A program made the position numbers and the translations under genes. A stretch of DNA of 63,818 nucleotides, filler included, from Octopus bimaculoides (taxonomy: Eukaryota), in assembly GCF_001194135.2 (NCBI RefSeq). It is 6 parts of 6 records of this genome, joined end to end, with 100 filler letters (N's around TTAATTAATTAA, not from the genome) between each part and the next. Parts side by side here need not be neighbours in the genome. Positions count along the whole stretch, not along the records: positions 26,381 to 46,168 come from NC_068981.1; 5 more parts are not named here. One strand, written 5' to 3'. Shown here piece by piece: positions 27,615 to 39,650 of the stretch; within the stretch, counting starts at the first letter, position 1; each line of letters opens with the position of its first letter. The notes under the pieces were generated by a model. It had not been told where the DNA came from. It did not search any database and saw nothing but the letters and a program-made list of their open reading frames with translations.

Positions 27615-27789
27615 TGTGTCATGTGTTACAAAACTTGTAAGACAATATCTGGACTTGAAAGGCATATGCTAATTCACAGAAACATTCCTTCAGAATCATA
27701 TTCCAAAGAAGAAACTTGAACAATATCTGTTATTTGTGTTTCCAACCATATCAGCAGCTGGTCTTAAAAGTTATCTGCGGGCTCATTAG
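27615..27789 (+). pseudogene. Degenerate pair of C2H2 zinc fingers (LINE C-terminus or ZNF fragment)
   Basis: CVMCYKTCKTISGLERHMLIH (C-x2-C-x12-H-x3-H), followed by a frameshifted ICYLC..AGLKSYLRAH*. Confidence 0.5.
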
Positions 27790-28398
27790 TGGAGGAGTTG
27801 TGTGGTGTGATGCGGTGTGATGCGGTGTGGTGTGCGTGTAGATGAGACAGCTATCATCTGTCAAGATGAAGCAATCACCATCATCTATATATATATATAT
27901 ATATATATCGAAACGCCTAGTTTAGAATAGAGGCAGCTGATGAAGGAAAAGTTCCTTAAGTGGCTTGTCTGTTTTCCTATGTGTTCATTCTGTTGTCCGT
28001 AAAAAAAGTCCGTTTTTTGTGCTTTGTTTATGTTCCCGTTCCTATTTTGACGTCCTGTACCCGGATATGCATCTATATATACATGTAGATGTAGGTATGT
28101 ACATATATATATATATGCATATNNNNNNNNNNNNNNNNNNNNNNNNNNNNNNNNNNNNNNNNNNNNNNNNNNNNNNNNNNNNNNNNNNNNNNNNNNNNNN
28201 NNNNNNNNNNNNNNNNNNNNNNNNNNNNNNNNNNNNNNNNNNNNNNNNNNNNNNNNNNNNNNNNNNNNNNNNNNNNNNNNNNNNNNNNNNNNNNNNNNNN
28301 NNNNNNNNNNNNNNNNNNNNNNNNNNNNNNNNNNNNNNNNNNNNNNNNNNNNNNNNNNNNNNNNNNNNNNNNNNNNNNNNNNNNNNNNNNNNNNNNNN

Positions 28399-28551
<153 letters not shown>

Positions 28552-28874
28552 AAGGGTAAGGATGAGCAAGTTAGGCAGGTCAATATATAAAGAATATTAA
28601 ATACATTTAATACAAAAAATGTACAAATGTTTATATATAAAAATGGTCCGACTTACACAGAATAGAAATGTTATCAAGAATTAAAGGGGTGGAAGAAATG
28701 TATTACATAACCACATGTGAGTGCATGTGGGCATGTATGTGTATTTGGACTCCCAGAAGGTTCTGAAATGGTACATCCTCCACAAAAACGAATTAGATTT
28801 TCGAAATCTGCGCCCCAAAGACAATGGCGTCTGGAAATAATAATAAAAAATTCTTTTAGATCGACAATCTATCT

Positions 28875-29108
28875 TATTTCTTTATTGCCCACAAAGGGCT
28901 AAACATAGAGCGGGACAAACAAAGACAGACAAAGGCATTAAGTCGATTACAACGACGCCAGTGCGTAACTGGTACTTAATTTATCGACCCCGAAAGGATA
29001 AAAAGCAAAGTCGACCTCGGCGGAATTTGAACTCAGAACGTAACGGCAGATGAAATACCGCTAAGCATTTCGCCCGGCGTGCTAACGTTTCTTCCAGCTC
29101 GCCGCCTT
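28875..29108 (-). mobile_element. Young full-length tRNA-derived SINE (family A) with 17-bp TSD
   Basis: A box ggcgagctggaagaa, B box gagttcaaattcc; TSD agatcgacaatctatct at 28858-28874 and 29109-29125. Confidence 0.92.
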
Positions 29109-29138
29109 AGATCGACAATCTATCTATCTATATACAAC

Positions 29139-29666
29139 AATTATTACAATTAAAAGGGTAAAGGTTTATCAATTTATTAATTTATTAATAAATTAACAAT
29201 TAATAATTGTTACCAAGCCCTTCGGTATGTAAACACCATTATCGGTGGAGAACTTATTTAAAAGTTCTTATACATTTATAAACATAATTAAGGGATCAGC
29301 AAACAGTTGCTTCACCACATACCGAAGTTCAGAAATAGCAGCCAAAAAGCTGAGACTCCAACAGATAGCATTACTTGTAACTCACAAAGGCAAAACAAGA
29401 AGAAAAAACAATGAAAACTAACCAGTCGAAGTTAATCATAGACGCGTTTCTGGATTAGGAGCGATAACACTCCATTTCCTTCATCGGTATGATATTCTAG
29501 TTGTAAATTCGACGGTGCTAGCAAATTGTGCATGCATGACAGAGTGAACATCATGCATCGGCACAACCTGAGAACACAACCGAACCTACATCGGCCAGCC
29601 AGTCCACTATTCCTCCTCAAGAAATTAATAAATTGATAAACTTTTACCCTTTTAATTGTAATAATT
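29139..29666 (-). mobile_element. ~530-bp element with 45-bp inverted arms and an internal hammerhead; Penelope-like pLTR derivative
   Basis: Arms 29139-29183 and 29622-29666 are reverse complements with 1 mismatch. Hammerhead motif at 29435-29493. Confidence 0.65.
29435..29493 (-). ncRNA. Minimal type I hammerhead ribozyme-like motif (core CCGAUGA)
   Basis: AUCAUA-CCGAUGA-A GGA AAU GGAG(UGUUAUCG)CUCC UAA UCC A-GAAA-CGCG-UC-UAUGAU. Perfect 6-bp stem I, extended stem II, palindromic ACGCGU stem III, GUC cleavage triplet. Confidence 0.7.
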
Positions 29667-29993
29667 ATTCACTCCCTATAGTAAACCGCAAATTTTCTGC
29701 GGTATTGCTTGTGACGCACATATTTTTATATATACAGGGATGTGGGTTCGAGTCTCACGCGTACGGGAAAACCTACTTTAGGCTGGTTCACTGTTGTAAT
29801 TGGTAACACACTTAGTCGCATGAACAAAGGAATGTGGATTCGAGTCCCACGCGTACGGGAAAGTCTACTTTTATCTGTCGATGTCTAATATGCCCCATTA
29901 TTAGATTATTTCCTTAGTCATTATTATTATTTACAGAATCGTAAAACTCGGCACCGCTTAACAAAACCATTCGCACCGAAAGCATGTGTATGT

Positions 29994-30030
<37 letters not shown>

Positions 30031-30034
<4 letters not shown>

Positions 30035-30320
30035 GAACTCTAAATAGAGACCGAGAGCACTATAGTGGCAGCGCAGGACCAAGCTTTGACTACGAACTGG
30101 AGGGTCAACCTTAGGAATGAGCAAATATCTCCGCTGTGCCGCATCTGCAATAGAGTGGAGGAAACCATTTCCCATATCACGAACGAATGCCCCAAACTAC
30201 CACAAGTTGAGGCAACACGACCAGGTAGGGAAAGTGCTACCTTGGAAACTGTGCGAAAAGTGGGGGCTAGAGAGAGAGGCAAGACGTGGTATGAGCACAA
30301 ACTACAGAGAGTAGCGGAGT
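30031..30320 (+). mobile_element. R4/Dong-clade LINE C-terminal fragment
   Basis: AAQDQALTTN..CRIC..EETISHITNEC..RHDQVGKVLPWKLCEKW (CCHC finger). Confidence 0.85.
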
Positions 30321-30633
30321 CGAAGACTAGCAAAATCTGGTGTTTTTACTTTTATCTTATTTCTTTGTTTTCTCTTTTATTCTTATTTACTTATGTATGT
30401 GCACATATGTGCATATACATATACATATATATATAATATACATATATCTACACACATACTCACATATGCATGCATGTGCACACTCATACACACACATATA
30501 CTCACACAACACACAGCACATACACACACACGTACACACACACATACATCTATACATACGTACATACGATTACATATAACTACATATATATATTTCAGTA
30601 TCATGCATCTCAACACAGATGTATGGAAATGGT

Positions 30634-30846
30634 TTCAAATTTTGTCACAAGGGCAGCCATTTTTAGGGGACGAGGTAAGTCGAATACCTTGACTCCAGTA
30701 CGCAACTGGTACTTAATTTATTGACTCCGAGAGAATGAAAAACAAAGTCAACCGCGGCAGAATTTGAACTCAGACCATAAAAACGGACGAAATACCGTTA
30801 AGCATTTTGTCCGGCATGCTAACGATTCTGCCAGCTCGCCGCCTTA
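30634..30846 (-). mobile_element. Family B tRNA-derived SINE
   Basis: Same head as family A with a tail aaattttggcacaaggcc. Older copies at ~8457-8646, 9880-10098, 14256-14456, 22120-22220, 35840-36010, 50210-50405, 54890-55105, 57460-57660, 58487-58668, 60287-60495. Confidence 0.82.
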
Positions 30847-30916
30847 CAATGATATCAAATTTTGGCACAAGGCCAGCAATTTCGTGAGGAGCAGGTAAGT
30901 TGATTATATCGACCTC

Positions 30917-30963
<47 letters not shown>

Positions 30964-31074
30964 TGTATGGGATGGTAATGTTCAAACGTTGAAAATGTGT
31001 GAGTATATGTGTGTACGTGTGTGCGTGTACAAGAGAACTATGTGATACTTTACATATACATGTAAAGTAAAGAA

Positions 31075-31273
31075 AATATTTAAAAAATAATCCAGAATCC
31101 TTGTCTGGTAACGGATGGATCCCAAAATCTAATCAGTTCCTGCCAGTCACAAGGCCGAACATTTCTGAATGTTTCATCCGAATCCATCCAGCAGTTCTTG
31201 AGATATCTTGTCCATGGACAAACAAACAAACACGATTGAAAACAATACCTCCGCCTTTACTAAGGCAGAGGTA
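31075..31273 (+). mobile_element. Helentron-associated (HINE/DINE-like) non-autonomous element end
   Basis: gtttcatccgaatccatcc..gacaaacaaac..gaaaacaa, then hairpin tacctccgcct/aggcagaggta (31246-31273). Confidence 0.6.
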
Positions 31274-31322
31274 GTAGTAGTAGTGGTGGTGGTGGTGGTG
31301 GTGGTAGAAGTAGTAGTAGTAA

Positions 31323-33430
31323 GTGGTGCATGAAAGACTAGCAGCCCAATTGAATGAGTGTGTCCAGAAAGGTACAGTCCCCGCGTGGATGGTGACTGGG
31401 AGGACAACACTTGTAATGAAAGATAGAAGAAAGGGGAATATTGTGGGAAACTACCGTCCCATAGCATCCCGAAACGTAATCTGGAAGATACTCACTGGAA
31501 TATGTACGGCAAAGACATACACTTTCCTGACACAGGAAGAAATACCGCCAAGGAAATTAAAAGGATGTAGGAAGAGTTCTCAGGGTACCAGAGATCACCT
31601 GGTCATTGATAAAACAGTTTTGGAGCATTGTAAAAAACATCATATAAATATGTCCATGGCTTGGATTGACTTTAAGAAGGCATACGATATAATACCGCAT
31701 TCTTGGATCGTTGAATGCCTCCAGATGTTTGGTGTTGCTGACAACATCACAAACTTTCTGATGCATAACATGAAAGAGTGGAAAACCATATTGTAAAGTA
31801 ATGTATTCCTTGGAGAAGTGAATATTGAAAGGGGAATCTTCCGAGGTGACTCGCTTTCTCCATTACTTTTTGTAATTACATTAATACCCTTAACAATGAC
31901 ACTTTGGAAAATTAAGATGGGTTACCGATGTGGGAAGAAAGGCCCCTCATTGAACCATCTTCTGTTTATGGATAATCTGAAATAGTTTGGGAAATCTGAA
32001 AAATAGACAGATTCCTTAACCAAAACAGTCCAGAAGTGTGGTAGGGATATCGGTATGGAATTTGGGATTACCAAATGCTCAGTACTTAATATGAAAAGAG
32101 CGAAGAAAGCAACTTGTTGAGGATTGCAGTTACCATCAGGAGAGACCATAGGTGAACCCGACGGCGGTAGTCGGTATAGATATTTAGGGATTTTGGAGCT
32201 GGATGACATTCTACACAGAGAAATGAAAGTCAAGGTCAGCGAGGTGTTTCAAAAAAGGGTGAAGATGGGGTTGAAATCCAATTTGAATGCCAAAAATTTG
32301 ATTACCGCAATGAATATCTGGGCAGTTGTGGTGGTCAGATATAGTGTGTCCATCCTCAGATGGACTAAGGAGGAAATATCAACACTGGATAGAAGGAAGA
32401 GAAAGCTGATGACGCTACATGGGGCGCTACAACCTAAAGCAAACGTAAACAAACTGTATATGAAAAGAAAGAATGGTGGCAGAGGACTAATTAGTATAGA
32501 CCATTGTATAAGGAGTGAAAGGAGAACGCTTGCCGAGTATTTGATAAATAGCAATGAAGACCTGCTGCAATATGCCGTGAAAGATATGGATGTAAATGCA
32601 GATGAAATGATGGGCAAAGATGAGTTTAACCACAGAGCTGAGGAGAAGAGAAAAGAAGACCTTCTTGAAATGAGAATGCATGGACAGTTTGAAAGGAATA
32701 CAGAAGACGTTAAGGATAATACAACATCGTGGGCATGGCTTGAGTGAGGTGATTTGAAGCGTACCACCTAAAGCCTGATCATTGCTGCACAAGACCAGGC
32801 TCCCGCTACCAATTCAGTGAAGTATAACATCATTTAAACTTCTGACTCCCAGAAATGAAGACTCTGTGGAAAGAGTGTGGAAATGAGACCCACTTGGTAA
32901 AGTGGATGTGAGAGCCTTGCTCAAAAAGAATACAAGCGTCGTCACGATAAAGTGTGTGTATGTGTATCTTCATTGGCTCATATGACGTAAATACCAATAT
33001 GAAGTAACAGAGAACTGGTACGAGCATGTACCAAGTAAAGTTATGCAGGAGGATGGAAAAGAAATGATACTCTGGGACTATGATTTTCAGACGGATCGTG
33101 TAATCGNNNNNNNNNNAGTAAAGTTATGCAGGAGGATGGAAAAGAAATGATACTCTGGGACTATGATTTTCAGACGGATCGTGTAATCGAACACCGTCGG
33201 CCGGATATTGTCATATTGAATAAGAGAGAGAAATACTATCAGGTCATTCATGTAGCCATACCAAATGACGTGAATGTTGTGAGTAAAGAGGTTGAAAAAA
33301 CCCACCAAGTACTCCGAATTGAAAGTGGAAATGACAAGACTGTATGGAATGCGAGAAGGTAATGAGAGAGGGTAAATAGACAGTGAGATAAATTTTGCAA
33401 TTCCCTACGAGTGGAGCCGATACCAAAGAA
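31323..33430 (+). mobile_element. Decayed R4/Dong-clade non-LTR retrotransposon (RT, CCHC, restriction-like endonuclease)
   Basis: Motifs NYRPIA, WIDFKKAYD, RGIFRGDSLSPLLF, HLLFMDNLK, YRYLG, GGRGL, AAQDQA, RHD, ILWDYDFQTD..RRPDIV; many stops and frameshifts. Confidence 0.92.
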
Positions 33431-33561
33431 TTGAAACATTTGAGATGTATTAGGATCTAGCCAGAATCCATCTTATGCGCCCTTCTATTAGAGGTAGTTT
33501 GGCTGTTATTTCTAACATATCGAGCCAGTTCTCATCGTCACGTAAAAAACGTTATAATTGA

Positions 33562-33592
<31 letters not shown>

Positions 33593-35689
33593 GGTCATGG
33601 GTGGTGGTCATGGTGGCGGCAGATGCTGTTTGGGCGTTGTTAATGTAGTTTTTGGTGGTGATAGTAGTAGCAGTAGCAGTAATAATGGCTGTAGCCTTGC
33701 TGTTGATAATGCTGCTGCTGCTATTTTATACCGTTAGTTGTCTGATAGCAACCGACTCTTAATATCAAATTACAAACGTAGTTATTAAGTGTCTCAGAGA
33801 AGCCATTGTTGCCAACGCTTGAAACTCCCAGCAGCATTAAAACAAAAGCCACTTTCACCAAACAACTCCTTCGATCGAGTTACAACCGCCATTTCAGTTG
33901 ACGCTCGTTAAATAACGTTACATCTTACATTTTTAAATGGCCAACCTCGACCAATATAAGCGAGTTTTGTCTTTTGTTTTTTGTTTTTTTGTTTTATGAG
34001 TAAGAAACGAGTATCACTGATGTTCTTATCTGCTGTAGTATTTTAGTGACTGCCATTGTGTGAGGGAGGAAAGGGTGTGTTTATAAGTACATAGCCCTGT
34101 TACATAAGCACAATGAAGTTTCGCAGCATGACGTCAGCGCCAAATGGAAAACTGATGTTAAGAGAAAACAAATGTATTTGTAAACCATTATCGTGGCATT
34201 TATTTCCTGTCGTAAATAAACATAAGAGAAACAGAGGAAAAAGAGGAACGATAGAGATGCACACATACAAATGAACACACATGTGTATATACTAAGACAA
34301 ACAGACTGACAGACAGAGTTATAAACATTGTGTACACTTTTCCTTAAGCTGTCTCTACTAATTCCTCCAATATCAGAATATGGTAGTAATGACTGATGAG
34401 CAGGTAGGGAGAAAGAAGGGTGTATGGGTATGATTGCACAACTTGTAATTAGTAAAGATTTATTGTCTGAAATAAGAGGGGGAATAACAGAAAAGGACAG
34501 AAACAGTGACAGTTCATGCATGGCATTTGGTGAATGTGTCGTGTGCTTTAGGTGCTGCCATTGAAACGTGTACAAAGGTTTGCTTAACCGTCACTCCCTT
34601 CACCACTTGTCATCCGAAAACGTAACGATTGTCTCTGATGTTAAGAATAGGTCAAATGAAATAGTCAAAGGCAGCCATCTGCTTGATCTTCTGTTTCTAG
34701 CATTAATTTACTATCATTTCTTTTACAAAAACATAACGCTTATGTGCCACAGTCTACAGCACGAGATACCACAAAACTTCTAAACGACCATACCTCAGCA
34801 AAGACCTGGAGGAGATCCATTCTGGACATTAACAAAATAAATGCTTCTTGAAAACTTGAGAATGCCGTCAATATCAAGAAGTAGTGTTGCCTGTTTTGAA
34901 CCTGAAGTCATTATATTATGTCACATTGTAAAGGTTGTTTCCGAAACAAAACAACAGATAGTTACATGATGGGACTGAAAATGTCAGTAATGACTCATGA
35001 CTGTGGAAGACAGTCAACACGTGACCAGAAGCTGTCCAATAATACATGTCCTCAAGATATAACCTTCTTAAGTGGTATGACATCATTGTTTAAAACAATA
35101 CATAATATTATTGTAGTAAGGTTTGACCTCGGACAGAGAATATGAAATATACTTTTGGTATTGAGTATATATATTCATATAATCAAAGAGAAGGAATATC
35201 TGTGGAGCATTGCTATTTAAATGTCCACTCCATGTTATCTCAACTGGTTTCAAATAGTTGTTTTGAACGTCATCATCATAGACGTCGTCGTCATTTGAGC
35301 GGTCACTTTTCTATGATTACAGAGGTCAGCCGAAGTTTGCGAGGCAAGATTTCCACGACCGGATGCCCTTCACCCGTTTCCAAGCAAGGTAATACTTCCC
35401 AATGGCCAGGTATGTTTTTACAGAAGAGTGGAAATGAATGATTCTGCTTGTATGACGCCATATCAAGGCAAGGAGATACAGACACACACGCAGTCACACG
35501 CACACATACATGCATACATGAGGGAATTGAAAGATATGATAGGTGCAACGAGTAAACAAAGGGATAACCTGCTAAAATAACAAAGGATGGCAAGATATTG
35601 TGGCGACAGAAATTTGTTATATTGAAGAAAAGAAGCGTCCGAAAAAGTATTTGGGTTAGGAAGCTAATGCGCATGGACAGATAAGGAGA

Positions 35690-35830
35690 TAAGCTGGACA
35701 AAAGTAAGCTCTCGCAGAACATGTTACAGAAAATGGAACCAGTCAATTTGAGATTCGTCCTGAGAGAGATGTTCCATGTATTTCCGTTCCCAACCAATAT
35801 CAGCTTAGAGGAAGGCTGCGGTTTGGAAAC
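35690..35830 (+). mobile_element. Possible RLE-type (Hero/NeSL-like) LINE C-terminal remnant
   Basis: KMEPVNLRFVLREMFHVFPFPTN resembles the EP.R.SFL.R..YD.LP.P.N motif that precedes the CCHC finger. Confidence 0.4.
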
Positions 35831-36538
35831 CACGTGAAGCAAAATGATTACCGGCAATTCGCCGTCTTTACGTTCCGAGTTTAAATTCAGCCGAGATCAA
35901 CTTTACCTTTTAGCCTTTTGGGGTCGATAAATTAAATACCAGTTGAACACTGGGGTTGGTCCAATCGACTTACGCCTCAGTTTGCTGGCATTATGTCAAA
36001 ATTTGAAACCAATTTTAGTTAGGCACAGGTGAACGTCATCGATGAGGAATCATAATTGTTGAAGTGTGTTTTGGCAAAAAGTAAGTTACCTGTTGTGAAG
36101 TAGTCTTGGTGAACAATCTTGTTGCACTAAAACAACACTGCGACACCGGTGTCAGTGCAACGGGGATCAACACCAAGTCGCTCACTGATTGATTTTTACA
36201 AGGAGGAGGCTACGACAAACGGCAACACCGGAATATAAACTAAGTGAAGCCATTAACGACACTTCTACCTGATACTAATGAATGGAGGACTCGGGTGGGT
36301 TTCAAGGAAACGTTCGTATTTTCCAGCTATAAAACAGCCCTCACTGCATGGTATGATTTGATGAAAATGGTTTTGATAATGGAGTTGAGGCGATTCAAGA
36401 CGGTAATATGGAGAGGATGCAAGAAAGAAAGGGACTTAGATATGAAAGACCAAGGGAATCGAGTGAGGCACGAGGATGTGTACGCGTATTGCAACAGAGT
36501 TGGTATACTATGCGTTTGTGGTTAGGTTTATTGTGATA

Positions 36539-36629
36539 CTAGCAGAAATACCCGGCGTTGCCCGGGTTAAAGAGAATAATGAAATCTAAAAACGCCGTCT
36601 AGACTACGCATCATCTTTATATATAGAGA
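36539..36629 (-). mobile_element. 91-bp non-autonomous Helitron with canonical termini
   Basis: Minus strand A|TCTCTATATATAAAG...CCCGGgcaacgCCGGGtatttctgCTAG|T: 5' TC, subterminal hairpin, 3' CTAG, inserted between A and T. Confidence 0.75.
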
Positions 36630-37787
36630 TGTATATACACACACGCACCCAAACACACGTATATATATATGTATATCAATATAAATATATGAAAGTCAAT
36701 GAAGTTTCGTAAAAGAAGGTGATCATGTACATACTTTCTTGCTGTTGTGATTATAACACCTCATTGTAAACTATGTTCCTTGTTTTCCCTTGTGGAGCAT
36801 ATACAAATAGGTTTTTTGTTGCTGCCCACTCTTGAGCAGCCAACATACAGTTGTCCATGTGAGAAGCAGGGCTCTTCCAAGAGAAGACCANNNNNNNNNN
36901 NNNNNNNNNNNNNNNNNNNNNNNNNNNNNNNNNNNNNNNNNNNNNNNNNNNNNNNNNNNNNNNNNNNNNNNNNNNNNNNNNNNNNNNNNNNNNNNNNNNN
37001 NNNNNNNNNNNNNNNNNNNNNNNNNNNNNNNNNNNNNNNNNNNNNNNNNNNNNNNNNNNNNNNNNNNNNNNNNNNNNNNNNNNNNNNNNNNNNNNNNNNN
37101 NNNNNNNNNNNNNNNNNNNNNNNNNNNNNNNNNNNNNNNNNNNNNNNNNNNNNNNNNNNNNNNNNNNNNNNNNNNNNNNNNNNNNNNNNNNNNNNNNNNN
37201 NNNNNNNNNNNNNNNNNNNNNNNNNNNNNNNNNNNNNNNNNNNNNNNNNNNNNNNNNNNNNNNNNNNNNNNNNNNNNNNNNNNNNNNNNNNNNNNNNNNN
37301 NNNNNNNNNNNNNNNNNNNNNNNNNNNNNNNNNNNNNNNNNNNNNNNNNNNNNNNNNNNNNNNNNNNNNNNNNNNNNNNNNNNNNNNNNNNNNNNNNNNN
37401 NNNNNNNNNNNNNNNNNNNNNNNNNNNNNNNNNNNNNNNNNNNNNNNNNNNNNNNNNNNNNNNNNNNNNNNNNNNNNNNNNNNNNNNNNNNNNNNNNNNN
37501 NNNNNNNNNNNNNNNNNNNNNNNNNNNNNNNNNNNNNNNNNNNNNNNNNNNNNNNNNNNNNNNNNNNNNNNNNNNNNNNNNNNNNNNNNNNNNNNNNNNN
37601 NNNNNNNNNNNNNNNNNNNNNNNNNNNNNNNNNNNNNNNNNNNNNNNNNNNNNNNNNNNNNNNNNNNNNNNNNNNNNNNNNNNNNNNNNNNNNNNNNNNN
37701 NNNNNNNNNNNNNNNNNNNNNNNNNNNNNNNNNNNNNNNNNNNNNNNNNNNNNNNNNNNNNNNNNNNNNNNNNNNNNNNNNNNNNNG

Positions 37788-38026
37788 ATTGTTTCAGTTA
37801 GTGGAATAGTTTCATTTTTAAAGTGAAAGTATTTGACATGAGTGTTTTTGTTTCACTTTTGACACGTAATACTTAAATAGTGGAGGAGATATTATGTTGC
37901 CGTGTGCTCGAACTCTGCAAGAAGTTAATAATTTTTTTTTACTAAAACACAACTGGAACCCTAAGTAAGGCATGTGTAAAATTTGAATGAAATTGGTTGC
38001 GTAGTTCTCGAGTTTTAGGGATTCAC

Positions 38027-38073
<47 letters not shown>

Positions 38074-38095
38074 TTCTCATTTTTATATATATAGA
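37788..38095 (-). mobile_element. 5' part of a non-autonomous Helitron (Lep1-like) with a (GACA)n tract
   Basis: Minus strand A|TCTATATATATAAAAATGAGAATGTCTGTCTG...; aaatttgaatgaaattgg motif. The 3' end is in the gap or is the CTAG at 36539. Confidence 0.65.
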
Positions 38096-38188
38096 TTGAA
38101 TTAAAGAACAGACGACATTGTAATGAGAGATGGCCTGGAGAGATTAGGGAGGGGTGCGTGCTAAGCAGTGATAAGTGAAATTACAATG

Positions 38189-38557
38189 TTATTATCAGTC
38201 GAAATATGCACGTTCGAACTGGGAAACATCACTACTTAGCGCTCCCTCCCACTTCCGTAATTTACTTACGGTGAGCCGCCATATAGCGCTACCAGCTATC
38301 GTACGACGACTGGAAAAGCATGAGAGATAATGTCTTAATTCAGCTCGTAGTGTCGTCTGCTTAGTGTCTGTAACCGATGAGGAGACAACTACTCCGAAAT
38401 GTTAACATCTCACAGTGTAGGTAGGTGACGCTGCGAGCTGATCTAGATGTATATACATCATTTGTCAACAAGCGAGATATATTCTCCGTGACAAAGTGCA
38501 GTGAGTAGCTTGTTCCCCAGTTCGAACGTGCATCAAGCATATTCGGACTGCTAATAA
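38189..38557 (+). mobile_element. ~370-bp element with ~40-bp inverted arms and an internal hammerhead; Penelope-like pLTR derivative
   Basis: ttattatcagtcgaaatatgcacgttcgaactgggaaaca (38189-38228) is inverted relative to 38511-38557. Hammerhead motif at 38368-38415. Confidence 0.6.
38368..38415 (+). ncRNA. Minimal type I hammerhead ribozyme-like motif (core CCGAUGA)
   Basis: CUGUAA-CCGAUGA-GGAG(ACAACUA)CUCC-GAAA-UGUUAACA-UC-UCACAG. Stem I 5/6 pairs, 4-bp stem II, palindromic AUGUUAACAU stem III, AUC triplet. Confidence 0.65.
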
Positions 38558-38988
38558 TATGGCCTAGAGAAAAAAAAAAAGCTAACCCATGGATATGGCA
38601 AACAAAGGAGAAAGACCAAAGTTGAGGAACAGAAAGAAAAAAATCGTCTCATGAAGTAGTAAAGCGAAATAGTTGTTGTTCGAGAGGAGAGTTTACTGCG
38701 ACATTGAGCTTTTGTGTGATGGCCACTGGATAGTGGAAGTACAAAGTGTTCCACAGAGGTGAGCCAAAATAAGCCAGGCATATCCATGATAACATCAACC
38801 GTTGGAAGGGGTCGAAATTGTTATGATCTCGTCAACAACTGATGAAGGGAGTGCCCCTCGCTGTTTCAGCAATTTGATATATACATACATGCATAGATAC
38901 ATAGTATATATTTGTGTATGTGTATATATATATACACGTGCACACATATATGTATGGTATGTATGTCATATAAGGGGCTTCAACTGGC

Positions 38989-39027
<39 letters not shown>

Positions 39028-39310
39028 CCGCGCGTGTATACATATACATGCACATATGTATATATATATATATATATGTAAATACACACAAACACACACA
39101 CATACATACATACGTACGTACATACACATACACAAATATATATGTATGTGTGTGTATGTATGTATGCATGTATGTATGTACGTATGTGTATGTGTCTGTC
39201 TGTCTGTATATATGTATGTATTTAGGCATGAATGTGTGTATGTTTGTGTATGCATGAATGTAATTATGTATCTATGTGTATGTGTGCGTGTCTGTGTGTG
39301 CATGTACTTA

Positions 39311-39650
39311 CCTTATGGTTATCAGTCTTCCAAGAGTTCGGTTCCGTTTCAAGTAATCTTTAAGATAAAAAGATAAAGGAATGAATAACAAAAATAAATA
39401 AATAATTAACTAAATAAATAAAAAAAATACCGTTTCATGTCAGGCGTTTCGCCGTTCATTTTGTTTCCGCTAGTGAGAGGGCAACAAAGCTATTTTGATA
39501 AGGGCCAACGCCATCGTCTGCTTTATCGTTTCAGCAGACGTCCCTGTCTTCGTGCTCCAACTCACTTCTCGTCCCCGAACAGCCATTTCAACTTCGCAAC
39601 CAGAATCAAGCTAGGAACACAGATTTAACAAGTTCCCCCCCAAAAACCCG
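39311..39650 (-). promoter_or_regulatory. Putative promoter/first exon of an unidentified minus-strand transcript
   Basis: CpG-retaining non-repetitive segment with a GC box (GGGGCGGG, ~39645) and an ETS-like GCGGAA, ending in a consensus donor CATAAG|gtaagta at 39310. Confidence 0.35.

Noticed and set aside
28875-29108. A and B boxes as tRNA genes
   Set aside because: They continue into SINE bodies with TSDs; no complete cloverleaf was seen.
33034-33189. Exact 73-bp tandem duplication in the R4 element
   Set aside because: Identical copies flank a 10-N gap: unmerged contig overlap. The same applies to 58338-58380 versus 58391-58433.
38839-38862. CTGATGA-AGGG-AGTG-CCCCT hammerhead-like start
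   Set aside because: There is no following GAAA or stem III; at best a truncated remnant.
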